From positions 7,440,001-7,504,000 of the forward strand of contig JBHGNT010000017.1 of the NCBI GenBank assembly GCA_043228905.1: a stretch of 64,000 bases of DNA, written 5' to 3'. This document shows positions 61,458 through 64,000 of this stretch, piece by piece. Positions within the stretch are counted from its first letter, which is position 1; the number at the start of each line of letters is the position of its first letter. Both the position numbers and the translations under genes were made by a program. The stretch is from Azolla caroliniana (taxonomy: Eukaryota; Plantae; Polypodiophyta). The notes beneath the pieces are model-generated. The model saw nothing but the letters and a program-made list of their open reading frames with translations, had not been told where the DNA came from and made no database searches.

Positions 61458-64000
61458 TGTTGGGAAACAAGTCCTTTCGGATGGGATCCGAATGAGAACC
61501 GAATGAGCCGGATCAGACGAGCCGAAGGAAGGAACTGGACCGGAAGGATCTAGAAGGTATCCGGATAAATTTGGTCTATCCGATATGAATTAGTAGATAG
61601 GAACATATTGATAAATATGTTCAGACATGACCATTGAGGTCATATTTGTAAATATCCCATAAGTTATATGAGTATAAATATAACTAGGGCAAATAGTGTT
61701 GTTGTGTTGTGATCATTATCGTTGTACAGAGACAAAGACAGATATACAAAGAAATAGAAAGCTTTTTCTGTTGTAATTGATGGTTGGCGAAGACATAGAG
61801 CTCGAGGTCGTTGCCTCTGAGGCTCTTGTTGTATTCTTCCTCTCAAAGTGATAGTTGGAGTCTGTGGGATCCTGTAGTTTTTCCCAATTAGGGTTTTTCC
61901 ACGTTAACATCTGGTGTCGTCTCACTCTATGTAAGTGCACTAATCTTCATTTCTATTTTGTTTCTTCCATCGAGTGGTTAAGACACAAATGTGGCCGAGA
62001 ACTATTCCGTTCAAACTAGGCGTAAACCATGGAAGATTTATTTGGCGGCATGTTCAAGTTCACCGGCTCCAATTACCTAGTGTGGAATTCGAAGATGAGG
62101 GACATGTTGGTGGTGAAAGATCTCTGGTTGCCGGTACAGTTTGGTGAGAAAAGACCGGACAAGATCGATGCCACGATCTGGGAAGTAATGCACATGAAGA
62201 CGATGGCATGCATTGGATGCTTCATCGACATGAGCCTGTGCAATAACTTTAATGAAGAGAGTAAGGCTCATGTGCTATGGGAGAAAATCAACAGCATGTT
62301 GGAGAGCAAAAATGTTGTAAACCAGCTCTCAGTATTCCGGAAGTCAGTGAGACTCTAATACCAAGACTGCTCCAACATGGCGGAGCAGATGAACACTTTC
62401 CCAGGGTTGATAAACCAGACTACCTCGTTGGAAGTACCTCTAGCCTACGAGGTACTCGTGCTGCCGCTGCTCGGATCCCTCTTGGAGAGTTGGGAAAAGT
62501 CAGGCCGAAAGGAGAATAGTTGGCCCTAACAAGGGTAAAATCAAGCTTGTTGGATGAAGAAGCTCATCGCAAGGACCAGGAATCTGGAACCGATCTAGAG
62601 GCCTTGGTCACGGAAGAATACCATAACCGGACAAGTGGCCGGAATCGGAGTCCCCAAAACCGGGACAAATCGGGGACGAGGTCGAAGTCAAGGGGGAGGC
62701 CCACCTGCTTTTATCGCGGAAAGACGGGGCACTTCCAACTGAATTGCCGACACTCTGGAACGGGAAATGAACCGACAATGCCAACTCAAAGAAGGGTTCG
62801 GACCGGAGAAGTTCGGATCGGAAAGGAACATCGGCAATCGCAACAAGTGAAGAAGAAATGTTGCTCATCACTAAGGAAAATGAGCCGCATCTTTTCAGCG
62901 ATGAGTTGACATGGGTGGGCGACTCCAGAGTGTTGTTCCATTTGACCCCCGACCAGAAATTCTTCTCATCTTATAGAAACGGAGATCACGGTTGTGTCTG
63001 GATGGGAAATGAAAGTACATGCCAAATTGTAAGCATAGGACATGTGTGTTTGACAACGTCAACTGGGTGCAAGTTGTTGCTGAAGGATGTCCAACACGTT
63101 TCGGAGGTTCGGTTGAACATGATATCAGTCGGGCGGGTAGATGATGAAGGTTACACGGGTAGCATCGGGAATTGAGTCATGAAGTTTTGCAAAGGAAGCT
63201 TCATCGTGGCCCAAGCCCGGAAGGTCAACACATTGTACCTTCTGCATGCCCAGATTTGCAGGGATGAAGTGAACGTGGTATCCGACACTGCCAGTGAGTT
63301 GTGGCACAAGAGATTGTGTCACATGAGCCAGAAAGGGATGCAAAGACTTGCCGAGGACAACCTCATTCCAGAGGTGAAAGATGTGCAGCTTAAGAAGTGC
63401 ACCGATTGTTTGGCCGACAAGCAAAACCGAACCTCATTTTGGACAAGGCCACTGATGAGATGGAATGCACCACTAGAGCTTGTGCATACTGATGTATGCC
63501 AAGCAGACACGAAGTCACATGCCGGATCGCAGTACTTCATGACGTTCATAGACGACCACTACCAGAAGTTGTGGGTCTCACCACTGAAGACGAAGGATCA
63601 TGTATTGATCATCTTCAAGGAGTTCCACGTGAGTGTGGAAAGGGAAACTCGCCGGAAGTTGAAGGCAATTCCAACGGACAACAGAGGCGAATACCGGGGG
63701 CTATCTGAGGAGTAATGCTGATCGAAGGGAATCCAACTCAGATTTACCGTGCTGAAGACACCGGAATTGTACAGATTCACCGAAAGGATGAACCGGACCA
63801 TAATGTAGAGAGTCTAGAGCATGCTTGCACATGCTAAGTTGTCCAAGACGTTTTGGGTTGAGGCGCTAATGACGGCGACGTACGTGATAAACATATCACC
63901 CTCGGCACCCTTGGACGGAGACACACCACAGAGAGTATGGACCGGTAAAGACGTGTCTTACCGGCATAAGAAGGTGTTCGGTTGTCTCGCTCACGTGCAT
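61458..64000 (+). mobile_element. Ty1/Copia M (Tnt1/Tork-like), runs off the window
   Basis: LTR from TGTTGGG to ~61970. gag MFKFTGSNYLVW, WVGDS..FHLT protease, LWHKRLCHMS, VHTDVC, TDNRGEY integrase. Confidence 0.88.

Overview
Eukaryotic, gene-free, heavily nested transposon region. It is most likely land-plant heterochromatin; a bryophyte origin is inferred from the element types and is not proven. It holds at least 5 Ty3/Gypsy and 4 Ty1/Copia LTR retroelements (mostly decayed), two nested gag-only non-autonomous LTR elements, and orphan LTRs. The standout is two diverged copies of a TIR DNA transposon (23522-31166 and 40747-55374; ~33-bp TIRs starting AACACCGGGTCATTT; 4-bp TSDs). Each pairs a Sola-like DDD/E transposase that has a C-terminal BAH/Tudor-like module with a divergently transcribed six-exon cargo gene. 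That gene encodes a ParB/Srx-like domain fused to a prokaryote-type beta-class N4-cytosine/N6-adenine DNA methyltransferase. Other notable signals: tRNA-like Pol III A/B-box cassettes in the LTRs of several unrelated families, a strong NCGT 4-bp target preference in the tRNA-Trp-primed Gypsy group, and a fold-back aberrant integration end. All protein-family assignments come from motif recognition by eye, not database searches.
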